Below the pieces are notes generated by a model. It did no database searches and was not told the origin of the DNA. It worked only from the letters and a program-made list of their open reading frames with translations. A DNA stretch of 64,000 nucleotides, from positions 208,603 through 272,602 of IMG/VR virus record IMGVR_UViG_3300026484_000007; one strand, written 5' to 3'. Both the position numbers and the translations under genes were made by a program. Every line of letters begins with the position of its first letter. Position 1 is the stretch's first letter. Shown here in pieces: positions 1 to 7,965 of this stretch.

Positions 1-2
1 TT

Positions 3-410
3 ACTAGTGGAAATCAATATCATAGAATGTGGAGAGTAATTAATTTTTGGAATTATCATAATTATAAAAATGGAATTATAATTACAGATTCGCCTATAAT
101 AAATGGTATATTTTATGATACTCATCCAAAAAAGGAATTACTCAAAAAAGTTTTAATCGAATACTCTGAATTCGACGAATACAAAAACAATTTTGCTGGA
201 CTTGAACAATTTAATTATTTATTAATAAGAGATCATGATTTTGAACAATCTGGAAGACTTCAGACTTCAGAAGAATCTGATAAAATTACGAATGATATTA
301 AAAAATTTTTTAATAAAAATAATAAGGATCTTTTAGAGATTCAAACTTCAAAAGCTCAAGAATTTATTTTGAATGATATTTTAAAAAATATAAAAAAGGA
401 AAAAACATGA
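3..410 (+). CDS. AAA_28/NadR-like P-loop kinase/ATPase, C-terminal part (runs off the left edge)
   Basis: Frame is open upstream of the ATG at 27 (TSGNQYHRMW...). Motifs IIITDSPI and GRLQTSEES resemble phage NadR/AAA_28-type proteins. Walker A is not in the window. Confidence 0.55.
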   Translation, partial: TSGNQYHRMWRVINFWNYHNYKNGIIITDSPIINGIFYDTHPKKELLKKVLIEYSEFDEYKNNFAGLEQFNYLLIRDHDFEQSGRLQTSEESDKITNDIKKFFNKNNKDLLEIQTSKAQEFILNDILKNIKKEKT

Positions 411-847
411 AAGAATTAGAATTGAACGCTTCGAACAAGCCAAATTTTTTATCGGATGAAGAAATTAATTCTCTTTTGGATGTAGTTTTCGATAAAAATT
501 TTATTGAAAACACTCAAAGAAAATATTTTACTAGCGATAATAAAGATGATATAATTAAAGGCCATCAATTAATACTAGAACATATTAGTGTTAGAATTGA
601 TAAGCTTTTACTTGGATTTAAAAATATAAAAATAGAAGGATCTTTAGCAGATCCAATAATAAAAATTCTTGGAGAAAATCAATATGATGATCACGTGAAT
701 TTATTTAAAATTATTCAATCGACAAAAAATCTAAATAACGATATTATCGAAGCTATTGCTCAAATGGATTATATTGAAAATAAAATAAGAAAAAAAGTGG
801 AAGAAAAGGAACTCGAAGATGAAAATACAGAAGAATGTCATTTTTGA
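407..847 (+). CDS. hypothetical protein (FliM-N-like LSDEEINSLL motif)
   Basis: 146-aa ORF with AAGGA RBS, overlapping both neighbours. Confidence 0.7.
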   Translation: MKELELNASNKPNFLSDEEINSLLDVVFDKNFIENTQRKYFTSDNKDDIIKGHQLILEHISVRIDKLLLGFKNIKIEGSLADPIIKILGENQYDDHVNLFKIIQSTKNLNNDIIEAIAQMDYIENKIRKKVEEKELEDENTEECHF

Positions 848-1307
848 TAATAATACTAAATTACTAATTTATGCAGATGGTAGTTGTCTCGGAAATCCTG
901 GAAAAGGAGGATGGGCAGCTCTTTTAATTTTTTTAAAAAATGGAGCGAAGAAAGCTGAAAAAATGATATCGGGTTGTTCTAAATCTAGCACTAATAATAA
1001 AATGGAATTACAAGCAGTTATCGAAGCTTTAAAAACTATAAAATTAAATACTATTTCGTATCCAATAGAGATTCATGTTGATTCTCAATATGTTCAAAAA
1101 GGGCTAACTGACTGGAGAGAATCTTGGGAGTATCGAAATTTTAGAGGAGTAAAGAATCCTGAGCAATGGAAAGAATTGATTGATTTAATAAATAAAATTG
1201 AACATAAAAAAATTAAAATATCTATCAATTATGTAAAAGCTCATAACGGGCATCCTGAAAACGAAAGAGTCGATGACGAAGCAAGAAAAAAAGCCGAGAG
1301 ATGCTAA
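819..1307 (+). CDS. rnhA: ribonuclease HI
   Basis: IYADGSCLGNPGKGGWAA, TNNKMELQAVIEAL, DSQYV, VKAHNGHPENERVD: all RNase HI catalytic motifs present. Confidence 0.97.
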   Translation: MKIQKNVIFDNNTKLLIYADGSCLGNPGKGGWAALLIFLKNGAKKAEKMISGCSKSSTNNKMELQAVIEALKTIKLNTISYPIEIHVDSQYVQKGLTDWRESWEYRNFRGVKNPEQWKELIDLINKIEHKKIKISINYVKAHNGHPENERVDDEARKKAERC

Positions 1308-1341
1308 AGAAATGCTAAAGAATGGCTAAAAGGGGAAGCGT

Positions 1342-1830
1342 ATGAAAAACATGAAAAACATGAAAAACATTTTTACATCCATAAAAGATCTTTTTAAAAA
1401 AGATTACGAAAAAATTATTGAAGAATTAAAAGATGAGCATAAATATTTACTCATTCTTTATCACGAAATTATTCATATTTGTACGGTAGAAAAAGATATT
1501 GAAAGATTAAATAATATGATCGATAATTTTTTAAATATCTTAAAAGAACATTTAGAAAAAGAAAATAAAGAGATCTATGAATTTTTTGACAATACAATTA
1601 CTGATGAATTGATAAAAGAACATATCGAAAAAATTAGAAAAGACATCAAAATTATTGATAAAAAATTGAAAATTATTTTAAAAAAGCATAGAAAAATCAA
1701 AGAGGAAACCCTTGATTCATTCCTAAGAGATTTTTCTTATTTAATACAAATGATAATCAAAAGAGTTGAGTTAGAAGAGAATATTATATATTCTTATTTT
1801 CTTCGTAAAAAATCTTCAAAAGCAATTTAA
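1342..1830 (+). CDS. hemerythrin/HHE cation-binding domain protein
   Basis: LKDEHKYL ... EHLEKENKEIY ... RVELEENIIY four-helix hemerythrin-like pattern. Confidence 0.7.
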   Translation: MKNMKNMKNIFTSIKDLFKKDYEKIIEELKDEHKYLLILYHEIIHICTVEKDIERLNNMIDNFLNILKEHLEKENKEIYEFFDNTITDELIKEHIEKIRKDIKIIDKKLKIILKKHRKIKEETLDSFLRDFSYLIQMIIKRVELEENIIYSYFLRKKSSKAI

Positions 1831-1927
1831 AGAAATAAAAATTCATTATCAAATTATAAGCATATGATAATCATACGAAAATCATTCAAATGTGATAAAA
1901 TTACAATAAAATCAAAGGAGACTAGAA

Positions 1928-2575
1928 ATGAAAAAAATTACATTAACTGAAGCATTATCTGAATTAAAATTATACGATAAAAAAATTACTAAAGAAATAT
2001 CAGAATTAAGTAGATCTAAAAGCACAGTCGATTATGTTATAGGTAAAAATAAATTAACTGAAATCAATAAAATGACTGAAGAAGAGTTAAAAGAATATGC
2101 TCAAAGCGCTGTAGATAAATTATTAAATTTAATTAAAAACAGAGGTATTCTTAAAGCAGCAATTGCTAAAGCAAACGCAATTACAACATTAAACGTTAAT
2201 GGAAAAGAATATACTATCGTAGAAGCTATTGAAAGAAAAAATAATATTTATAAAGAAAAAGAAATTTTAAATATTCTTGCAGAAAATTATAACAATGTTG
2301 CTTATAAAGTTTCAAGAATCAATGAAAATGCGAGAGATGAAGTAAATAGATTATTAGAAGCTAAATTATCTAGCGATAGTAAAAATCAATCGTCAGATGA
2401 AATTGAAAAACTATCTCAAGTTCTTTTAGAAGCTAAAGAAGCTAAAATTCTCGATCCATATAAAATCGGAGATTTAATAGTAAAAATGCAAGAAGAAATT
2501 GAAGAGTTCGAAACTAACATCGACGTAGCATTATCAATCGTAAATGCTAAAACAGAAATCGAAGTAGATCTTTAA
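1928..2575 (+). CDS. conserved coiled-coil protein (DIP1984-like family)
   Basis: N-terminal TLTEALSELKLYDKKI, central AIAKANAITTLNVNGKEYTIVEAIERK, C-terminal IDVALSIVNAKTEIEV; strong AAGGAG RBS. Confidence 0.6.
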   Translation: MKKITLTEALSELKLYDKKITKEISELSRSKSTVDYVIGKNKLTEINKMTEEELKEYAQSAVDKLLNLIKNRGILKAAIAKANAITTLNVNGKEYTIVEAIERKNNIYKEKEILNILAENYNNVAYKVSRINENARDEVNRLLEAKLSSDSKNQSSDEIEKLSQVLLEAKEAKILDPYKIGDLIVKMQEEIEEFETNIDVALSIVNAKTEIEVDL

Positions 2576-2600
2576 AAGATCTACTTTTTTTTGTCATTAG
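2562..2600 (+). terminator. intrinsic terminator built on a GATC-N7-GATC palindrome, with TTTTTTGTCATTAG tail
   Basis: AAGTAGATC-TTTAAAA-GATCTACTT hairpin followed by a T run. Confidence 0.7.
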
Positions 2601-2622
2601 AAAAAATTGTAAAGGAGAATAA

Positions 2623-4923
2623 ATGAACGATATTTACGTAATTAAAAGAGATGGAAGAAAAGAAAAATTTCAATTAAGCAAAATAAGAAAACAGATTGAA
2701 TTTGCATGCGCGCCTACTTCAGTAAGTCCTCTTGAAATCGAAAGTCTTTTAAAGATTGATCTTCATAAACCAGATTTAAAAACTTCAGACATTCAAGAAA
2801 TCATTATTGGATCAATTGTAAAAAATATTAATATTGATAATAAAGAGTGGGATTTAATTGCTGGTAGAGCAGCGATGTTTGATCTTTATAGAAACGTTTA
2901 TAAAGTTACAGGTTTTGATCCAAAAGATTGGAGAGAACATATTAAATGGCTTACTGAAAATAATAGATACAGAACTGATATTTTATCTAAATTAGAAAAA
3001 ATGGAGAAAGAAAGAAAATTAGAATTCTTAGATGATCTTTTAGAGAACTTTGTAACTGGAAATTATGATTTTCAAATGGTGTACTCGCAAGTACAAGTTA
3101 TTAAATCTAAGTATCTTTTAAAAAGCAAAAGAAAAATTATTGAATATCCAGTGTTGACTGATATAGTTAATAGTATTATTTTATGCGATGGAACTTATGA
3201 AGATTTTAAAATTCTTTTTGAAATGATTCATAATCAATATATTTCATTAGCGACTCCATTTAAAGCTAATCTTAGAATTCCAAATGGAAGTGTTACATCT
3301 TGTTTTATTGGAGAAAATATCGATAGTCTTGCGGGAATTGCTAAAGCTTGGAAAGATATGGCTAAGATATCTCAAGAAGGTGGAGGAATCGGTTGGGACT
3401 TTTCAAAAATTAGACCAGGAGATTCTTATACTGATAACGTTCCTAAATCAAATACTATCAATAAATGGCTTAAGATAGTTAATGATATTATGGTTGCTGT
3501 TAATCAAAGAGGAATTAGACCAGGAGCTTTAACTCCAGCAATACCTTGGTGGCATTTAGATGTTTTTGATTTTATCGATATGAAATCAGAATTAAATGGA
3601 GATCTTAGAGAAAAATGTTTTGACCTTTTCCCTCAAGTAACTGTAGATAATTATTTTATTGATGCGGTACTTAACGACGAAGAAGTTTATTTATTCGACC
3701 AAAAAGAATATAAAGATTTAACTTGCATCGATATTACTGAGTTAGTCGATGAAAAATTATATGAAACTCATAAACATGTTGAAAAATTAATCAATGAAAA
3801 TAAACTTACTCATTATAAAAAGATTAAAGCTAGAGATCTTTGGAAAAAAATCTTATGGGTATGGGTTGAGATAGGTGATTTTTATATCGCTCATAAAGAC
3901 AATATTAATAAAGCAAATTACTTAAAAAATGATCCTCAAGGAGGGATTACAAAGAATGTTAATCTATGTTGTGAAAGTTATAGTCTTACAAAAGCACCTA
4001 CTCAATGGGCTTCAAAATCAATTAATGATGGTGATAGAGAAATAACAATTGAAACGGATGGTAGATATCATGCTTGTAATCTTTGTAGTATCAATCTTAC
4101 AAATCTTGTAGATAAATCGGAAGAATTTATTAAATTAGTTTCTAAATACGCAGTAATTATTCTTGATAGAGGAATTGATTTAAGTACTTTCCCAGTTCTT
4201 GAAGCTGAATTAAATTCAAAAGAATTAAGAAACATAGGTATCGGATTTGTAGGTATGGCTGATTATATGGCTTATAATAATAAAATGTTTGACACTGAAG
4301 ATGGTCAAAGATTTGCGGAAGCTTTAATCGAAAGATTCTCTTGGTACGTTCATAATACAAGCGTAGAATTAGCTAAAGAAAAAGGATCTTATCCATTATT
4401 CAAACCAGAAAATTATTATAAAATTCTTGGGCATAAACCAGAAGAATTAGAAAATTTTAGTAAAGCAAATGGAAATAATTTCCCTTGGAGACAATTACAA
4501 CAAGATATTTTTGAACATGGAATTAGAAATTTTTATTTATTAAGTCCAGCACCAAACACATCAACTGCGATCTTAAATGGATCAACAGCGAGTTTCTTAC
4601 CAGTATATAATAAAGAAATGTATCAAACAATGAGCAATCAATCAGTTCCTATTATTCCTAAATTTATTAAAGAAAAATTCTGGTTGTATAAAACTAAATT
4701 CGATTATATTCCAAAAGATATCATCAATTATACTAGAAGACTTCAAAGATGGATTGACGCAGGAATTTCATTAGAAATTAATATTAATCCAGCTCTTACG
4801 AATATCAAAGAAATTTCAGATGCTATTCTAGATGGTTTTAAATCTGGAGAGCTTAAAGCAATATATTATTCATTGACAATTGATGGTAAAAAACAAGAAG
4901 GTTGTGTATCATGTGCGAATTAG
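2623..4923 (+). CDS. nrdA: ribonucleoside-diphosphate reductase class Ia alpha subunit
   Basis: ATP-cone start VIKRDGRKEKF, TSCF, GGGIG, NLCCE, CNLCSINL, APNTST, YY pair, C-terminal CVSC. Confidence 0.97.
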   Translation: MNDIYVIKRDGRKEKFQLSKIRKQIEFACAPTSVSPLEIESLLKIDLHKPDLKTSDIQEIIIGSIVKNINIDNKEWDLIAGRAAMFDLYRNVYKVTGFDPKDWREHIKWLTENNRYRTDILSKLEKMEKERKLEFLDDLLENFVTGNYDFQMVYSQVQVIKSKYLLKSKRKIIEYPVLTDIVNSIILCDGTYEDFKILFEMIHNQYISLATPFKANLRIPNGSVTSCFIGENIDSLAGIAKAWKDMAKISQEGGGIGWDFSKIRPGDSYTDNVPKSNTINKWLKIVNDIMVAVNQRGIRPGALTPAIPWWHLDVFDFIDMKSELNGDLREKCFDLFPQVTVDNYFIDAVLNDEEVYLFDQKEYKDLTCIDITELVDEKLYETHKHVEKLINENKLTHYKKIKARDLWKKILWVWVEIGDFYIAHKDNINKANYLKNDPQGGITKNVNLCCESYSLTKAPTQWASKSINDGDREITIETDGRYHACNLCSINLTNLVDKSEEFIKLVSKYAVIILDRGIDLSTFPVLEAELNSKELRNIGIGFVGMADYMAYNNKMFDTEDGQRFAEALIERFSWYVHNTSVELAKEKGSYPLFKPENYYKILGHKPEELENFSKANGNNFPWRQLQQDIFEHGIRNFYLLSPAPNTSTAILNGSTASFLPVYNKEMYQTMSNQSVPIIPKFIKEKFWLYKTKFDYIPKDIINYTRRLQRWIDAGISLEININPALTNIKEISDAILDGFKSGELKAIYYSLTIDGKKQEGCVSCAN

Positions 4924-5216
4924 ACCAAAATGCTAAAAATGAAATCTTAAAAGAAATAAGACAATTAAGGCAAAAATTTGAAGAGGATCTTAGAAATAAA
5001 AGATTCTCTTCGGATATACCAGAGAGATCTTTTGCAGATCAGTTTGAGCAAATTGTCCCACCATTAACATTTTTAATAGTGGTTTTATCTATATTGATTT
5101 TATTCATTGGTGATGTATACAATAAACATCAATTAAATAAATTAATTATCGAAAAAAATTGTAGTCAATTTTTAAATAAGATGCATGAAATAAGAGAAAT
5201 GAAGGAGAAAAAATGA
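4902..5216 (+). CDS. small membrane protein
   Basis: Single hydrophobic segment LTFLIVVLSILILFIG; lies between nrdA and nrdB. Confidence 0.6.
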   Translation: MCIMCELDQNAKNEILKEIRQLRQKFEEDLRNKRFSSDIPERSFADQFEQIVPPLTFLIVVLSILILFIGDVYNKHQLNKLIIEKNCSQFLNKMHEIREMKEKK

Positions 5217-6283
5217 GCCAAATATCAAATCAAGTAAATCATAATTGTAAAGTTAAAAAATTATTTAATCCAGATGTTCAGGATGAACACAAATTATACG
5301 GAGGTTGTACGACAAATACATTAGATCTTGCTAACGTAAAATATCCAGTGTTCGTTGATTGGGTGGATAAACAATACGCAAATAACTGGTTACCTCAAAA
5401 AGTTGATATGACTGGGGATTATAGTCAATACTGGAATGATTTAACAGATGATGAAAGAGTTGCGTTTGATAATATTTTATCTTTCTTAATATTCTTAGAT
5501 AGTATTCAAACGAACAATCTTCCTAATATTGCAGATTATATTACATTACCTGAGGTTGTATATGCATTAGCAAGACAAACATATGACGAAGCAATACATA
5601 GTCGTTCATATGGATTAATATTAAATTTTAATATTAAAGATAAAGCTAAAATAGAAGAAATTACTTATCTTTGGAGAAAAAATAAAATTCTTTTAGAAAG
5701 AAATAAAAAAATTGCAGAGATCTATCAAGACGCAAAAGATAATCATTCTGATCTTAATTTTATCAAAGGTCTTATAGGGAATTTTATGTTAGAAGGAATT
5801 TATTTTTATAATGGATTTCAGTTCTTTCATAATCTTGCATCAAGAGGTCTTATGATTGGAACAGATACTCAAATCAGATATATCCAAAGAGATGAATTAG
5901 GACATTTAAAGCTTTTCGCTGATATTATTAAAATATCGCAAGAAGAAAATCCAGAAATTTGGACAGACGAAGTTAAAGAAATCGTTTACGATATGTTTAG
6001 AGATGCTGTAGATCTTGAAATTAAATTTAGTCAAGATGTTATTGGAGATAAAATTCTTGGAATGAGTTCACAAGCAATCGAAGATTACGCTTATTGGCTT
6101 GGGAATAAAAGACTTAAAGAAATTAAATTAAAACCAATTTTTCCAGAAAGAAAAAATCCTTATTCTCATTTAGAAAAAATTGCTTCTGTCGAAGATGAAA
6201 GTTCAAATAGAACTAATAACTTCGAAAGCACATCAATTACTTATAAATCTCCAGAAATTCTTGATGGATGGGATCAAATTTAA
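5213..6283 (+). CDS. nrdB: ribonucleoside-diphosphate reductase class Ia beta subunit
   Basis: NNWLPQKV, FLDSIQ, EAIHSRSY, LEGIYFYNGF, IQRDELGH, NFESTSITY. Confidence 0.97.
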   Translation: MSQISNQVNHNCKVKKLFNPDVQDEHKLYGGCTTNTLDLANVKYPVFVDWVDKQYANNWLPQKVDMTGDYSQYWNDLTDDERVAFDNILSFLIFLDSIQTNNLPNIADYITLPEVVYALARQTYDEAIHSRSYGLILNFNIKDKAKIEEITYLWRKNKILLERNKKIAEIYQDAKDNHSDLNFIKGLIGNFMLEGIYFYNGFQFFHNLASRGLMIGTDTQIRYIQRDELGHLKLFADIIKISQEENPEIWTDEVKEIVYDMFRDAVDLEIKFSQDVIGDKILGMSSQAIEDYAYWLGNKRLKEIKLKPIFPERKNPYSHLEKIASVEDESSNRTNNFESTSITYKSPEILDGWDQI

Positions 6284-6305
6284 AACCGATTTAAAAAGGA
6301 ATCAA

Positions 6306-6491
6306 ATGTTACTTAAAGAATGTAATGGTTGCAAATATCTAGCTCGATTGATCGGTATAGGTCAAGGAGTTAGATGTACAAATCCAGAAAATCAAATAAC
6401 TGGAATGGATGGATCAAAAGCGATAGTTATATCTCAGATAGAGAATTGTAATTATTATAAGCAACATAAAAAAGATAAGAAAGAATCTTAA
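6306..6491 (+). CDS. small Cys4 (zinc-binding-like) protein
   Basis: AAAGGA RBS before the ATG at 6306; CNGC...C...C pattern. The track's start at 6180 overlaps nrdB and is unlikely. Confidence 0.6.
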   Translation: MLLKECNGCKYLARLIGIGQGVRCTNPENQITGMDGSKAIVISQIENCNYYKQHKKDKKES

Positions 6492-6512
6492 AAGGATCTT
6501 AAAAAGATCCAA

Positions 6513-6540
6513 TTGAAATATTTTTTTTGAAATTTAAGAT
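6513..6540 (+). promoter_or_regulatory. sigma70-like promoter for the large ncRNA
   Basis: TTGAAA-N16-TAAGAT ending about 9 nt before the first strand of the closing helix. Confidence 0.45.
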
Positions 6541-6672
6541 TTTCTTTAACTTTCTTTATCAGGCGATAAAAATCGAATAATCCCGCCTGACTGGAGCGAA
6601 ATACCAGTCACAAAATTATTTTACATGGGTTAAAATAAGGAGATCGCACTGAAGATGCGCTTTTATAATTAC

Positions 6673-6744
6673 ACCAAAAACGAAGGTTCGATTCCTTCCT
6701 TTCCCAACATAATAGGGAAAGTAGCCAAGAGGTAAGGCATTGGT
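6673..6744 (+). tRNA. circularly permuted tRNA-like domain (3' half precedes 5' half, no closed anticodon loop)
   Basis: ACCAA-aaac-GAAGG-TTCGATT-CCTTC-CTTTCCC-A, 8-nt linker, then GGGAAAG-TA-GCC-AAGAGGTAA-GGC-A-TTGGT. All four stems pair perfectly. Confidence 0.8.
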
Positions 6745-6775
6745 TCCAAAATATAAATATATAACAATCGAACGA

Positions 6776-6859
6776 AAAGTTCAAAGTAAAAAATTTAAAA
6801 TTTAATGCTTAAATACTAACTACTAAAAATTAACCTTCAAAATTTAAAATAAAAAGCTT
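6776..6859 (+). repeat. 12 consecutive degenerate 7-nt units, each starting AA
   Basis: aaagttc aaagtaa aaaattt aaaattt aatgctt aaatact aactact aaaaatt aaccttc aaaattt aaaataa aaagctt. Confidence 0.7.
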
Positions 6860-6938
6860 TTTAAAATCTTGGAGGAAGTTTTAAGTGGCGAGGATTAGCC
6901 CGATTTTTGATCCAAGCTGCTTGATAGAGAAAGACTTC

Positions 6939-6976
6939 AAAACCCTCGCATAGTGCGAGGGTTTTTTTGTCGTTAG
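6939..6976 (+). terminator. intrinsic terminator with GTCGTTAG tail
   Basis: AAAACCCTCGCA-TAG-TGCGAGGGTTTTTTT. Confidence 0.9.
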
Positions 6977-7015
6977 AAAAAATTAGATAAAATTAGAAAA
7001 ATAAAAAAATTTTGT

Positions 7016-7110
7016 AAATAAAATCTATGGGGAGCAATGCTCCCCATAGGGGGACTTTGTCCCCCTTGGAGGAGTGGAGACTTTTCGTCTCCACTCCTCT
7101 CTTTCTGCTA
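7016..7110 (-). ncRNA. GC-rich triple-hairpin cassette 1 (putative small RNA; strand uncertain)
   Basis: Hairpins CTATGGGGAGC/GCTCCCCATAG, GGGGGAC/GTCCCCC and GAGGAGTGGAGAC/GTCTCCACTCCTC. Leftward promoter-like motif at 7116-7145. On the - strand the last hairpin is followed by ATTTTATTT. Confidence 0.5.
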
Positions 7111-7115
7111 TTTAT

Positions 7116-7145
7116 ATATCAATTAAAACTAAAGCAGTTCTAAAA
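7116..7145 (-). promoter_or_regulatory. bipartite motif TTTTAGAACT-N14-(A/T)GATAT (putative phage promoter)
   Basis: Same motif and spacing at 7334-7363, 7966-7995 and 8695-8724, the last directly upstream of the only - strand gene. Confidence 0.55.
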
Positions 7146-7166
7146 AATCTCCGTAAATAAAATTAC

Positions 7167-7328
7167 AAATAAAATCTATGGGGAGCATTGCTCCCCATAG
7201 GGGGACTTTGTCCCCCACTCACTGGGGTGGTTGCCCACATTGGCAACGGGAGCAATCCCGCTCATTTGAGCGGGGCCCGACCACCCCGGAGGACTCACCT
7301 CCTTTCTTGGAGTCCTCCTTTTTTGCTA
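7167..7328 (-). ncRNA. GC-rich multi-hairpin cassette 2 with SD/anti-SD loop (putative small RNA; strand uncertain)
   Basis: Shares the two terminal hairpins with cassettes 1 and 3. Extra multibranch domain at 7224-7287. Hairpin 7288-7318 has loop ACCTCCTTTCTTG. Confidence 0.55.
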
Positions 7329-7333
7329 ATTAA

Positions 7334-7363
7334 ATATCTGATAAAACTAAAGCAGTTCTAAAA
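7334..7363 (-). promoter_or_regulatory. TTTTAGAACT-N14-AGATAT motif
   Basis: Copy of the bipartite motif, followed on the - strand by TAGCAAAA. Confidence 0.55.
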
Positions 7364-7442
7364 AATCTTTATAAATAAATTTAAAAAATCTTTTCTAAAA
7401 CAATATATAAATTATCAATTAAAATATATAAGGAGATTAATT

Positions 7443-7727
7443 ATGGCAACTGCTTTTCATAAAGATTACAATGCAGAATACGTAATCGGTGATGACGTTG
7501 TAAATTCTGAAGAAGTAAAAAATACTCAGCCAACTGTATTATCTAAAATTATAGATGGAAAACCAGCTGATGTTAATACCGAAACTAAAGATATGCTAAC
7601 CGAAGAAACTGTATGGTTTAGAAATGACAGAATCAGACAAACTCTTCAAGATCAATACACTGAAGTTTCTAGACAAACTTTTGAAATTGATCAATTTGAA
7701 ACTACTGATTTACCAGGAAATCCATAA
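7443..7727 (+). CDS. hypothetical protein
   Basis: 94 aa, AAGGAG RBS. Confidence 0.75.
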   Translation: MATAFHKDYNAEYVIGDDVVNSEEVKNTQPTVLSKIIDGKPADVNTETKDMLTEETVWFRNDRIRQTLQDQYTEVSRQTFEIDQFETTDLPGNP

Positions 7728-7778
7728 GCAAATATTGCGATGCATGGCGCTAATGGATAACTCGTATATATATCTCAT

Positions 7779-7826
7779 AAAACTCCGGAGTTCTAAAATA
7801 GAGCTCTGGAGTTTTTTTGTCGTTAG
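7779..7826 (+). terminator. intrinsic terminator with GTCGTTAG tail
   Basis: AAAACTCCGGAGTTCT...AGAGCTCTGGAGTTTTTTT. Confidence 0.7.
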
Positions 7827-7865
7827 AAAAAATTAGAAAAAATTAGAAAAAATAAAAAAATTTGC

Positions 7866-7960
7866 AAATAAAATCTATGGGGAGCAATGCTCCCCATAGG
7901 GGGACTTTGTCCCCCTTGGAGGAGTGGGGAATTTTCATCTCCACTCCTCTCTTTCTGCTA
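7866..7960 (-). ncRNA. GC-rich triple-hairpin cassette 3 (near copy of cassette 1)
   Basis: Part of a ~185-bp direct repeat (6961-7145 vs 7811-7995). Confidence 0.5.
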
Positions 7961-7965
7961 TTTAT

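Larger units (their letters stand above)
6550..6933 (+). ncRNA. large structured non-coding RNA (unassigned family)
   Basis: No ORF. 6550-6565 pairs with 6918-6933 (16 bp with G-U). 6568-6587 pairs with 6887-6908. 6868-6873 pairs with 6911-6916 (pseudoknot). Local hairpins at 6588-6610, 6616-6638 and 6645-6659. Flanked by a promoter and a terminator. Confidence 0.8.

Noticed and set aside
6180-6305. N-terminal extension of ORF 6180-6491
   Set aside because: Overlaps nrdB; the RBS supports ATG 6306
6715-6760. Ordinary tRNA-Trp gene (TTCCAAA resembles a CCA anticodon loop)
   Set aside because: No 3' half follows; the matching T arm and acceptor strand lie upstream
6673-6803. Two-piece tmRNA
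   Set aside because: The permuted order fits, but there is no G3-U70 alanine determinant, a full D stem is present, and downstream frames do not give an ssrA-like tag
6550-6933. Permuted group I intron-exon arrangement
   Set aside because: No terminal G before the 3' tRNA half and no recognisable P7 core
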